A DNA stretch of 35,549 nucleotides from a virus. Taxonomy: Duplodnaviria > Caudoviricetes. The DNA is taken from the IMG/VR virus record IMGVR_UViG_3300048121_001863, positions 1 to 35,549 of that record. One strand, given 5' to 3'. This document shows positions 18,388 through 26,440 of this stretch, piece by piece. The translations under genes and the position numbers were made by a program. How positions within the stretch are numbered: position 1 is the first letter of the stretch; each line of letters begins with the position of its first letter. The notes beneath the pieces were generated by a model, which did no database searches, was not told where the DNA came from, and saw nothing but the letters and a program-made list of their open reading frames with translations.

Positions 18388-19033
18388 ATGGAAGAGCCTT
18401 AGCAAAATCTAAAAGATTATTATAAGTTTTTGTTTTCTTTTTTAATGGTCTATTAGAATAACTATTAAATTTCTTCTCATCTTCTGAAAATTTGCCAGTT
18501 TTTACAAGTATTGGTTTCAATTTTGCTTTGTCTGCCATCTTAGCATCAATTAATCTGTCACCTACATAATATCCGCCTTTAATAGGAACTTTAAATTCGT
18601 CACGCAATCTATAGAACATTAGCGGTTTTGGCTTTGACCATGGATCATCTTTAGAGTCAGATGCGTTATATAATATGCCATCAATACTTGGACAACCGGC
18701 TTCTCCAAATAAGTTTAGCATATAAGCATTCATTTCTTCAACCTGATCAATAGTTAATTCGTTTTTTGATATTCCAGGCTGATCAAATATGATAGCTAAT
18801 TTATAACCTTTTGATCTAATCATCGATATTGCTTCAATAGATCCGGCTATCGGAACAAATTGATCAGTATTTTTTATATTGCCATTGCATTCAATTAAAA
18901 CACCATCTCTATCAATCGCTATTAGTGGTTTTGAATATTTTTTATTTAATTGATTTCTATCTAGTATTTGATCTGGCGATCCCTGTTCTATATCTTTGAC
19001 CTCAGATTCGCCCCACATATTATACATTGTCAA
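18386..19033 (-). CDS. gmhB: D-glycero-D-manno-heptose 1,7-bisphosphate phosphatase (HAD IIIA)
   Basis: IDRDGVL motif I, DQPGI (compare NQSGI), KPKPLM, YVGDRLID, LVKTG; sits in the heptose cluster. Confidence 0.8.
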   Translation of the reverse strand: MTMYNMWGESEVKDIEQGSPDQILDRNQLNKKYSKPLIAIDRDGVLIECNGNIKNTDQFVPIAGSIEAISMIRSKGYKLAIIFDQPGISKNELTIDQVEEMNAYMLNLFGEAGCPSIDGILYNASDSKDDPWSKPKPLMFYRLRDEFKVPIKGGYYVGDRLIDAKMADKAKLKPILVKTGKFSEDEKKFNSYSNRPLKKKTKTYNNLLDFAKALP

Positions 19034-19844
19034 TATAGTCCTCTACTTTAATAAAATCAATATTCACATATTTAGAAAGTTTTTCAATATTAGCTTGAGT
19101 AAATTCTTGATAGCTTCCTTTTAAACTTCCAGGCATTGGTATATAATTAATATTAACATTATGCTTTTTTGCGATTGCTTCGCCTATTGCCTGAAAAGAA
19201 ACTGCGTGACCTGTTCCAACATTGAAGATACCTGATACATCGGCATCTATCATTTGCTCATGCACTTTGCATACGTCATCAACACAAATAAAATCTCTTA
19301 AATAATTTTCAGAATCATTAAATAGTTTAATTGATTCGTCAGTTAATGCTTCAGTATTAAACTTACTGATTGGTGAAGCTTGGTTTCCTTTTTGAGATTC
19401 CCAAGGACCGTACACATTAAAATATCTAAAACCCTGAATATTAATAGGTAAAGGCATTGAAATAGCTTCGAGTACAAATCTATCAATAAGATATTTAGAC
19501 CATGCGTAACCATTCATAGGTCTGCAATCATCGGTTTCTCTAAATGTTTTACCATCGCCATAAACAGAAGCAGATGACGCATATTGTAAATCCACATTAT
19601 GCTCTAAACATTGCACAATTAAATCAGTAGTAAACTCATAGTTTTTTTCCATAAGCTTTTCTGCATTGTATTCGGTCGTGCTACTAATAGCTCCGCAATG
19701 TATTACTAAATCTAAGTCTGGCGGTAATAGGAATTCGACAGTGTCACCCCACTCCCAACCTTGAACATTATGGCCTTTAGACTTAAAGTAGAGCCATAAG
19801 TTCTTCCCGATGAATCCTCGGTGTCCGGTTATTAATATATTCAT
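19020..19844 (-). CDS. hldD: ADP-L-glycero-D-manno-heptose 6-epimerase (extended SDR)
   Basis: MNILITGHRGFIG (start at 19844 preferred over 19865), HCGAISSTTE, YASSASVYG, YAWSK, FRYFNVYGP, RDFICVDD, YQEFTQA. Confidence 0.88.
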   Translation of the reverse strand: MNILITGHRGFIGKNLWLYFKSKGHNVQGWEWGDTVEFLLPPDLDLVIHCGAISSTTEYNAEKLMEKNYEFTTDLIVQCLEHNVDLQYASSASVYGDGKTFRETDDCRPMNGYAWSKYLIDRFVLEAISMPLPINIQGFRYFNVYGPWESQKGNQASPISKFNTEALTDESIKLFNDSENYLRDFICVDDVCKVHEQMIDADVSGIFNVGTGHAVSFQAIGEAIAKKHNVNINYIPMPGSLKGSYQEFTQANIEKLSKYVNIDFIKVEDYIDNV

Positions 19845-20703
19845 AAATATCTTCCATAGCTTCATTAAAATCTTTAGGATTTATTACATAAGTTCCAGTT
19901 GTACTTACAGCTAGACCAGCCATTTTATTTGCTATTATAACAGCATCTTGTACTTCTAGGTTATTATATATCCCGTATGCGAGTGCGGCAGTGAAGGTAT
20001 CTCCCGCTCCAGTTACATCAAACACTTCTTGCGCAGTTGCTTCGTAGTGTTCAATAGAATCTCCAACGTATAGAACTCCTTCTGGTCCTAATGTGACAAT
20101 GAAATGGTCTATCTCCAATTCATGTCTTAGTCGTTGGGCTTCTGTCATTAAAGACTTACCGGTTGTTTTTCTTCCAATATAGTCTTCAAATTCCTTAAGA
20201 TTTGGCTTTAGTATGAAAGCGCCTTTATACTTGTCTAGTGAGACCTTTGGGTCTACTATTGTCCTTTTAGATTTTTTAATGATCGCTTGTGGATCTTTAA
20301 CTGTTCCTTTATTATAGTCTGACAATATGACTATATCAAATTGATTAGGTACAAAAAATTTATCTTGTACGTCGTTTTCCTCTATTACTTTTTCGGCATC
20401 AACCCTAGACATATAGTGGGAGCCAGAAAATATTCTTAATTTGTGTGGCATTTGATTGGTAATCATTAGATTACCACTCGCCTCTAACTCATTAAATATA
20501 TATTCGCGTGATTCATCATAATATCCGTGCAATAATACATTAGGCGTCAATGACCTAATATTCATGTACACATTACCTGCTCCACCGAGAGAAATCTTCT
20601 TTTTTGTTAGATCTACAATTGGTACAGGAGCTTCAGGAGAGACTCTTTTGGTTTCTCCATACCAATACTCGTCTATTATTATATCACCTATCACATTAAT
20701 CAT
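19783..20703 (-). CDS. hldA: Heptose-7-phosphate kinase (stand-alone HldE/RfaE domain I, PfkB family)
   Basis: VIGDIIIDEY, RVSPEAPVP, GGAGNV, LSDYNKG, VDPK, KPNLKE, DVTGAGDT. Confidence 0.9.
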   Translation of the reverse strand: MINVIGDIIIDEYWYGETKRVSPEAPVPIVDLTKKKISLGGAGNVYMNIRSLTPNVLLHGYYDESREYIFNELEASGNLMITNQMPHKLRIFSGSHYMSRVDAEKVIEENDVQDKFFVPNQFDIVILSDYNKGTVKDPQAIIKKSKRTIVDPKVSLDKYKGAFILKPNLKEFEDYIGRKTTGKSLMTEAQRLRHELEIDHFIVTLGPEGVLYVGDSIEHYEATAQEVFDVTGAGDTFTAALAYGIYNNLEVQDAVIIANKMAGLAVSTTGTYVINPKDFNEAMEDIYEYINNRTPRIHREELMALL

Positions 20704-20705
20704 TG

Positions 20706-20713
20706 TATAAATA
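20706..20713 (+). promoter_or_regulatory. T4-type late promoter for hemO-pcyX
   Basis: Exact TATAAATA in the 38-nt divergent gap, followed by GGAG (20732-20735) and ATG at 20742. Confidence 0.75.
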
Positions 20714-20741
20714 CCATTTTATTATCATCATGGAGTTATTT

Positions 20742-21347
20742 ATGTCACTTAAAAAGTTGACTGATTCGATTCATAAAAAAGCTGAACAGACAAAATGGTC
20801 TCAGCTTCTAATTTCAGGAAATATGACTAACCATCAGTACGGTCAGTATTTATATAACCAGTTACAAATATATTCTGCTTTAGAAAGCAGAGCTGCTGAA
20901 TTGCAAATATTTAACAATCACAAAATTATTAATAATATTAAACGAATTATTCCAATGGCTAAAGATTCAGCTTTCTTTAAATATGAAAGTGGATTAGAAA
21001 AATCTACTTTAGAATATATCGATTATTGTACTACTATGACTGAGCAGCAGGTTTTAGCACATATCTATGTTAGACATTTTGGAGATATGCACGGCGGCCA
21101 AATTATAAAACAGCACGTACCAGAACCTTCAGAAGAAACAGTTGGATCATGGACCGATAAAGATGGTAATGTGCCTTGGGGAAAAGGTAACGTGGGCTGG
21201 TGCGAAATGTATAACTTTAACGAAAAATATGAAACTATAAAATATATGAGATCGTTACTAAAAAACGAAATGGCCGATGAAGCAATATTTTGTTTTAAAT
21301 TTGCAATAGATCTTTTTCACGATTTGGAAAAACGCTTTGATCTTTGA
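20742..21347 (+). CDS. hemO: Heme oxygenase
   Basis: Start reassigned to ATG 20742 (GGAG RBS). LKKLTDSIHKKAE with the proximal His, YLYNQLQIYSALE, AHIYVRHFGDMHGGQII distal helix. Confidence 0.9.
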   Translation: MSLKKLTDSIHKKAEQTKWSQLLISGNMTNHQYGQYLYNQLQIYSALESRAAELQIFNNHKIINNIKRIIPMAKDSAFFKYESGLEKSTLEYIDYCTTMTEQQVLAHIYVRHFGDMHGGQIIKQHVPEPSEETVGSWTDKDGNVPWGKGNVGWCEMYNFNEKYETIKYMRSLLKNEMADEAIFCFKFAIDLFHDLEKRFDL

Positions 21348-21987
21348 AAAGCTTATAGATACTAGTGAAAAAATGCGAGGACTTATAGAGTCTCTTGCTA
21401 CTACTAAATATACACATAGCTTTCCGTGGCCTGCTCATACTTATTTGTCTCCTGACATTTGGCGTAGGGCCGACTTAGATATTATTGACGCACGAGAAGA
21501 TCGAAAATTGTGGATGATGCATTTGTGCGTATATCCACATGTTAACGATCCGGCGCCTATTTACGGTTTTGATATTATTGCAGGACCAAATAAAGTAACC
21601 GGAGCCTTTCACGACTTTAGTCCTATTGATCCTAACAGTCATATATTATCACAATTCAAAAAGAATGTACACAGTTTTATTCCATCAAAGAAAAGAGAAT
21701 TGCCTGATTGGGCAAAGGCTATATTCAGTGGTTCTATGGTTTCAGCTGGCAATGTCAGAGATCCTGATGAATTACAAGAGCTATTAGATCTTGCTGTCAA
21801 TAACTTAGAATACTTTGTGCATAACATAGGACTAAGTACTAAAACAGATTATACAGATAAACATAATTGGTACGCAATAAACCAAAAGAAAAATCCACAT
21901 ACTCCAAGGGTTATGGAAAATATGGGAGTAGCTCCTGATGTTGTTAGGAGATATATAGACGAATGTTTATTTCCTGAGATAGACTAA
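21337..21987 (+). CDS. pcyX: Ferredoxin-dependent bilin reductase, PcyX-like
   Basis: TTG start overlapping the hemO end. RRADLDIID, LWMMHLCVYP, PIYGFDIIAG..KVTGAFHDFSP, RELPDWAKAIFS, QKKNPHTPRVM match the phage PcyX group as I recall it. Confidence 0.85.
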   Translation: MIFEKLIDTSEKMRGLIESLATTKYTHSFPWPAHTYLSPDIWRRADLDIIDAREDRKLWMMHLCVYPHVNDPAPIYGFDIIAGPNKVTGAFHDFSPIDPNSHILSQFKKNVHSFIPSKKRELPDWAKAIFSGSMVSAGNVRDPDELQELLDLAVNNLEYFVHNIGLSTKTDYTDKHNWYAINQKKNPHTPRVMENMGVAPDVVRRYIDECLFPEID

Positions 21988-22869
21988 TACTGCGCCTTCG
22001 GCCGAACCAACGTCGCTTGGGTTTGGTGGAATGTATAGATTATCCCATAACTTATATGCTAGCTTTGGTATTGACTTATTAAATGCTACACCGCCACTTA
22101 TAACTATATTACGACTATCTGTAGTTTCTCTTGCATGAAGTAAAACTTTAGTTATAAGCTGTTCGAAAATAATACGAGCTGCACTGGCTATTTCCTTTTT
22201 ACCTTTACCCCACCACATTCCTCTTGCGCTACGGTGAAAATTAATTTTAAACTTAGGCATAGGTTCCCACTGTTTTATTATATCCTTTTCCATCTGTGAT
22301 ACTAATTGAGAAAATGGCGTATATGCCTGAGACAGTTGTTCAAACACTGCTTCATCTTGTTGCGCCTTTAAACCAAGTCGATCTGTCATAGCAGAATAGA
22401 ATAATCCAATGCTATGAGGATACTTAGTTGATTTTATTTTTTTAAGCTTGCCGTCTTTAGCTTTCCATATAGATGTGCAATCAAATTCGCCTATACTATC
22501 GAATACAACTATTGTCGCATCTTTAAAACCGCTTTTATAAAAGGCAGCAGCATGAGATTCGTGATGACCGACATATTTCCATTTGCAGTTTATATTAAGA
22601 TCTCGTAAGTATCTTTTAACATTATTTCTTTTAAAAGGATTTTTTTGTCCTGCCAGAAATTGTCTAATTGCTTTTAGATAAGGATTCTCATACCAAATAA
22701 CTAAATCTGGTTTCCCGCTTTTCTTAGCTTCCTCTATACATTCTATTGTATGTCTTGGGCCTTTACCTGAAATAGTATTTACAAGTTTAAATACATTTCC
22801 TAAGTTATTGTCTTTAAAAATAGCTACAGACCAATCATGGCCGTTTTTTGACATACCCCATATTGTCAT
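21967..22869 (-). CDS. Carbamoyltransferase N-terminal (Kae1-like) domain only
   Basis: GHDWSVA, WYENP, HHESHAAA, DSIGE, YPHSIGLFYSAMT, SGGVAFN, PSDVGSAEGA. The protein ends right after this last motif, with no C-terminal YrdC-like domain. Confidence 0.82.
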   Translation of the reverse strand: MTIWGMSKNGHDWSVAIFKDNNLGNVFKLVNTISGKGPRHTIECIEEAKKSGKPDLVIWYENPYLKAIRQFLAGQKNPFKRNNVKRYLRDLNINCKWKYVGHHESHAAAFYKSGFKDATIVVFDSIGEFDCTSIWKAKDGKLKKIKSTKYPHSIGLFYSAMTDRLGLKAQQDEAVFEQLSQAYTPFSQLVSQMEKDIIKQWEPMPKFKINFHRSARGMWWGKGKKEIASAARIIFEQLITKVLLHARETTDSRNIVISGGVAFNKSIPKLAYKLWDNLYIPPNPSDVGSAEGAVLVYLRK

Positions 22870-23225
22870 TTTTGACTATTGCCCTTTGCAATACGATAAT
22901 TATCTTCTACTGAATCTGGGGTAGAAACTTCAATAATAGTTCCTTCTTCTAAACAAATAAGTTGATGAGGAAGCAACGGCTCGTTTCTCCATACATCGCC
23001 TGTCTCTAATCTTGATTTTTGTACCGATGCATCAGAAGTATCTATAGTGAGTAAATCAAATTTACCATCTAACACATACCAACTCTCATCTTTTTCTTTA
23101 TGAAAGTGCATAGAGAAGCGTGCGCCTTTATTGAACTTCATAAGCTTTCCACAATACTTTTCATTAGTAGCCCAAATTAGTTCATGGCCCCAACCTTTTT
23201 CAACGAAGCCTTCAAGCCTAGTCAT
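22866..23225 (-). CDS. Cupin, mannose-6-phosphate-isomerase-like
   Basis: Likely start MTRLEG at 23225. VEKGWGHE, SMHFHKEKDESWYV, PHQL, EVST cupin metal motifs; coupled to both neighbours. Confidence 0.8.
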   Translation of the reverse strand: MTRLEGFVEKGWGHELIWATNEKYCGKLMKFNKGARFSMHFHKEKDESWYVLDGKFDLLTIDTSDASVQKSRLETGDVWRNEPLLPHQLICLEEGTIIEVSTPDSVEDNYRIAKGNSQK

Positions 23226-23610
23226 TACGAATCCTTTCAATAAATTCTGTAGTAGAATAACCTATAGTGTACGGTATAATTTTAACTCTGGCTAAATCAT
23301 TGCCTATGACATTATCAGGCACATAATCACCGCCCTTTGTAATTATATCCGGTCTTATGTATTTAATTAGTTCATATGGAGTTGGCTCATCAAAAATATA
23401 AACTCGATCAACGAAGCTTAATGATTCTAGTGCAAACTTTCTATCTTCTTCTTTGTTTATTGGCCGATCTGAACCTTTTAGTTTTCGCACACTACTATCA
23501 GAATTAATTCCGACAATAAGTCTTTCTCCCCAAAAGGCAGATTCTTTTAAATATTCTAAGTGACCTCGATGTAAAATATCAAAGCAACCGTTTGTAAATA
23601 CTGTTTTCAT
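23218..23610 (-). CDS. hldC: Heptose-1-phosphate nucleotidyltransferase (stand-alone HldE/RfaE domain II)
   Basis: MKTVFTNGCFDILHRGH, VGINSDSSVRKLKG..RP, FDEPTP, KGGDY, GYSTT; start at ATG 23610. Confidence 0.92.
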   Translation of the reverse strand: MKTVFTNGCFDILHRGHLEYLKESAFWGERLIVGINSDSSVRKLKGSDRPINKEEDRKFALESLSFVDRVYIFDEPTPYELIKYIRPDIITKGGDYVPDNVIGNDLARVKIIPYTIGYSTTEFIERIRND

Positions 23611-23616
23611 TATCTT

Positions 23617-23645
23617 ATTATACCACACTTCTCAAATATTGTAAA
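23617..23645 (-). promoter_or_regulatory. Sigma70/early-type promoter
   Basis: The minus strand reads TTTACA-N17-TATAAT with an extended -10 TG. The -10 ends 6 nt before the hldC ATG. Confidence 0.8.
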
Positions 23646-23654
23646 CCTTTATTA

Positions 23655-23662
23655 TATAAATA
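23655..23662 (+). promoter_or_regulatory. T4-type late promoter
   Basis: Exact TATAAATA upstream of gp13. Confidence 0.85.
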
Positions 23663-23690
23663 GATACAAATTCTTTTAAAAGGACTTAAT

Positions 23691-24446
23691 ATGGCAGCTC
23701 CAGCATCAAGGCAAGGATTCATCGATTATTGTCTTCGTAGACTTGGCGATCCGGTTATTGAAATAAACGTGGATGACGACCAATTAGAAGAACGAGTAGA
23801 CGATGCCCTGCAAATGTATCAAGAATTTCACTCTGATGCAACCGTAAAGACTTATCTAAAGCATCTAGTTACTGCAGATGACGTAACTAATGAATATATT
23901 CCTATTTCATCTAATATTATATATGTATCACGGCTCTTACCGACTAATTCTGCGTTTGGGTCATCTAGAAATTTCTTTGACATTAAATATCAGATGATGC
24001 TTAACGATATTGCTGACATGCAAAACTTTGCAGGAGATCTTGCGTATTATGAACAATTGCAGCAATACTTATCGCTTCTAGATTCTAAATTAAACGGACA
24101 TCCTCAAGTAGAATTTGCACGCAGACAAGATAGACTATATATTCATGGAGCTTTTGCTGATAAAGAAATAAAAGCTGGAGAATATATTATTGCTGAAATA
24201 TATCAAATAATAGATCCAGATACTCATACAAGTGTTTACGATGATATGTGGTTAAAAGAATACGCGACCGCTCTTATTAAACAACAATGGGGCGCAAATT
24301 TAATTAAGTTTGAAGGAATGCAATTGCCCGGAGGAGTTACGCTAAACGGTCGACAAATATTTGAAGACGCGTTAGGAGAAATACAGCAGCTAAGGGAACG
24401 AATTAGATTAGAGCATGAACTTCCCCCTAACTTTTTTGTAGGTTAA
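23691..24446 (+). CDS. gp13: Neck protein
   Basis: YCLRRLGDPVIEINVDDDQ, WLKEYATALIKQQWG.NL.KF.GMQLPGGVTLNG; synteny. Confidence 0.93.
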   Translation: MAAPASRQGFIDYCLRRLGDPVIEINVDDDQLEERVDDALQMYQEFHSDATVKTYLKHLVTADDVTNEYIPISSNIIYVSRLLPTNSAFGSSRNFFDIKYQMMLNDIADMQNFAGDLAYYEQLQQYLSLLDSKLNGHPQVEFARRQDRLYIHGAFADKEIKAGEYIIAEIYQIIDPDTHTSVYDDMWLKEYATALIKQQWGANLIKFEGMQLPGGVTLNGRQIFEDALGEIQQLRERIRLEHELPPNFFVG

Positions 24447-24447
24447 T

Positions 24448-25320
24448 ATGGCACGCAATATTTATTTTTCAGAAGCTGTACGTTCAGAACAACATTTATA
24501 TGAAAATATAATTATAGAATCTTTAAAGATGTATGGGCAAGATGTTTATTATCTTCCACGAACTATTGTAAATGAAAATAGAATATTTGGTGAAGACGTT
24601 CCGTCTAAATTTAATAACTCTTACAAGATTGAGATGTACATTGAAAACGCAGAAGGATTTGACGGAGAAGGAGATTTATTCTCTAAGTTCGGTGTTGAGA
24701 TACGAGACGAAGCTACTTTTATCGTCGCTCGCAAACGTTGGAATACTACGGTTGGTCGCGTTGATAACCAAATAGACGGCGAAAGACCGAGAGAAGGAGA
24801 TTTGATTTTTCTTCCATTGTCTAATTCATTATTTGAGGTTATGCATGTTGAACATGAGCAGCCATTCTATCAATTGGCTAACTTACCGACATTTAAAATG
24901 CGTTGTCAATTATTTGAATATAGCGACGAAGATTTAGATACTGATATATCTTCAATTGATAGCATAGAACAAAACAACGCTTACGAATTCGATATGGTGT
25001 TATCAGGAATATCTGGTGCCTTTGAAGTAGGTGAGCGTGTTGAGCAGACTTTATTAGATGGTACAGTATTAAGTGCTGAAGTATCTAAATGGGTATCAGA
25101 TATTAATACTCTTTCTGTCGTACATCTAGGTGGAAATGATGGTAAATTCCATTTGCCGTCGACAGGAAGAACATTTACTGGTCAAGAATCAAATGCTAGT
25201 GGCACAGTTTCTTCTGTAGTAGAAGACAATCAACTAAGTGCAAATGAACAAAATAACGATTTTGACGGATTAGATTTTATAGACTTTAGTGAGACAAATC
25301 CATTTGGAGATCCTGAATAA
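24448..25320 (+). CDS. gp14: Neck protein
   Basis: ESLKMYGQDVYYLPR, FSKFG.EIRDE, RPREGDLI, DFSETNPFG. Confidence 0.93.
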   Translation: MARNIYFSEAVRSEQHLYENIIIESLKMYGQDVYYLPRTIVNENRIFGEDVPSKFNNSYKIEMYIENAEGFDGEGDLFSKFGVEIRDEATFIVARKRWNTTVGRVDNQIDGERPREGDLIFLPLSNSLFEVMHVEHEQPFYQLANLPTFKMRCQLFEYSDEDLDTDISSIDSIEQNNAYEFDMVLSGISGAFEVGERVEQTLLDGTVLSAEVSKWVSDINTLSVVHLGGNDGKFHLPSTGRTFTGQESNASGTVSSVVEDNQLSANEQNNDFDGLDFIDFSETNPFGDPE

Positions 25321-26105
25321 TGTTTGGCAATTATTATTATCATCAACGTATACGAAAAGCAGTTGCAACATTTGGTGCTATGTTTAATGACATATATGTT
25401 CTTCGTAAAGATTCAAGTGGTGGAGTTATTAGTACACAGAAGGTTCCATTATCCTATGGTCCGCGTTCTAAGTTTTTAGATAGAATCAGAGAATTTCCTG
25501 ATCTACAAGAAGATACAAAGGTAGCTATTAAACTTCCTAGACTTTCTTTTGAAATTACAAATATTTCATACGATCCTGCAAGGCAATTACCGAAAGTAAA
25601 TCAAACCCTTCAGGCAGTACCAGGTTCTGTTTTAACTAGAAGTAAAATACAGCAAGGTGTTCCATATATTCTTAGCTTTCAATTAAGCGCGTACGCTAAA
25701 AATCAAGATGACGCGTTGCAGATCGTAGAGCAGGTTATACCATATTTTAATCCTCAATATACATTAACGATTCAACCATTTGAAGATTTTAGTACAATAA
25801 AGGAAGATGTTCCTATTATTTTAACTGGCGTAGTACTTAATGATGAATATGAAGGCGCTATGGAATCAAGGCGTACCATTGTTTATACAATGGACTTTGA
25901 TATGCACGTTATTTTCCATGGACCGATAACATCTAGTGGTATTATTCGTAGTGCTATTACAGATATACTAAATGCTGATGCCGGCCTAAATGATTCGGAC
26001 ATACCATTAGAAAGAATAATAGTAACACCAAACCCGGCTGACGCCGGTCCGGATAGTGACTTCGGATTTTCAACAAATATATCAGGAATTGACAGTGCAT
26101 TATGA
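25320..26105 (+). CDS. gp15: Tail sheath stabiliser / tail terminator
   Basis: IRKAVATFGAMFNDI, KVPLSYGP, LPRLSFE, QIVEQVIPYFNP. Confidence 0.93.
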   Translation: MFGNYYYHQRIRKAVATFGAMFNDIYVLRKDSSGGVISTQKVPLSYGPRSKFLDRIREFPDLQEDTKVAIKLPRLSFEITNISYDPARQLPKVNQTLQAVPGSVLTRSKIQQGVPYILSFQLSAYAKNQDDALQIVEQVIPYFNPQYTLTIQPFEDFSTIKEDVPIILTGVVLNDEYEGAMESRRTIVYTMDFDMHVIFHGPITSSGIIRSAITDILNADAGLNDSDIPLERIIVTPNPADAGPDSDFGFSTNISGIDSAL

Positions 26106-26440
26106 TGGATTCACACACAGCTAATAATGACTTTGAGTATGCTCGGCAGATATATCATGATCTGTTAGCTAAAGGATCTGAGTCAATGGAAGAAATGATG
26201 GAGGTTGCCCGAGCAACTGAACATCCTCGTGCCTTTGAAGTTTTGTCTAATATGATGAAAAATATAGCAGACATCAATGGTAATCTTATGGATATGCATA
26301 AGAAGAAAAAAGACTTTGAACAAAGTGAACAAAAGGCGTTGCCTCAAGGGCAAACGACCAATAATGTTTTTGTTGGATCTACATCAGATTTACAACGTAT
26401 GTTACAGAATGAAATGATAGATGTTACTCCAAAAGAATGA
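26102..26440 (+). CDS. gp16: Terminase small subunit
   Basis: DFEYAR, EHPRAFEV, NNVFVGSTSDLQ; located before gp17. Confidence 0.9.
   Translation: MMDSHTANNDFEYARQIYHDLLAKGSESMEEMMEVARATEHPRAFEVLSNMMKNIADINGNLMDMHKKKKDFEQSEQKALPQGQTTNNVFVGSTSDLQRMLQNEMIDVTPKE

Noticed and set aside
19783-19865. Long overlap between hldA and hldD as a frameshift or fusion
   Set aside because: Both domains are complete. With the 19844 start the overlap is 62 nt and is best explained by a short C-terminal extension of hldA.
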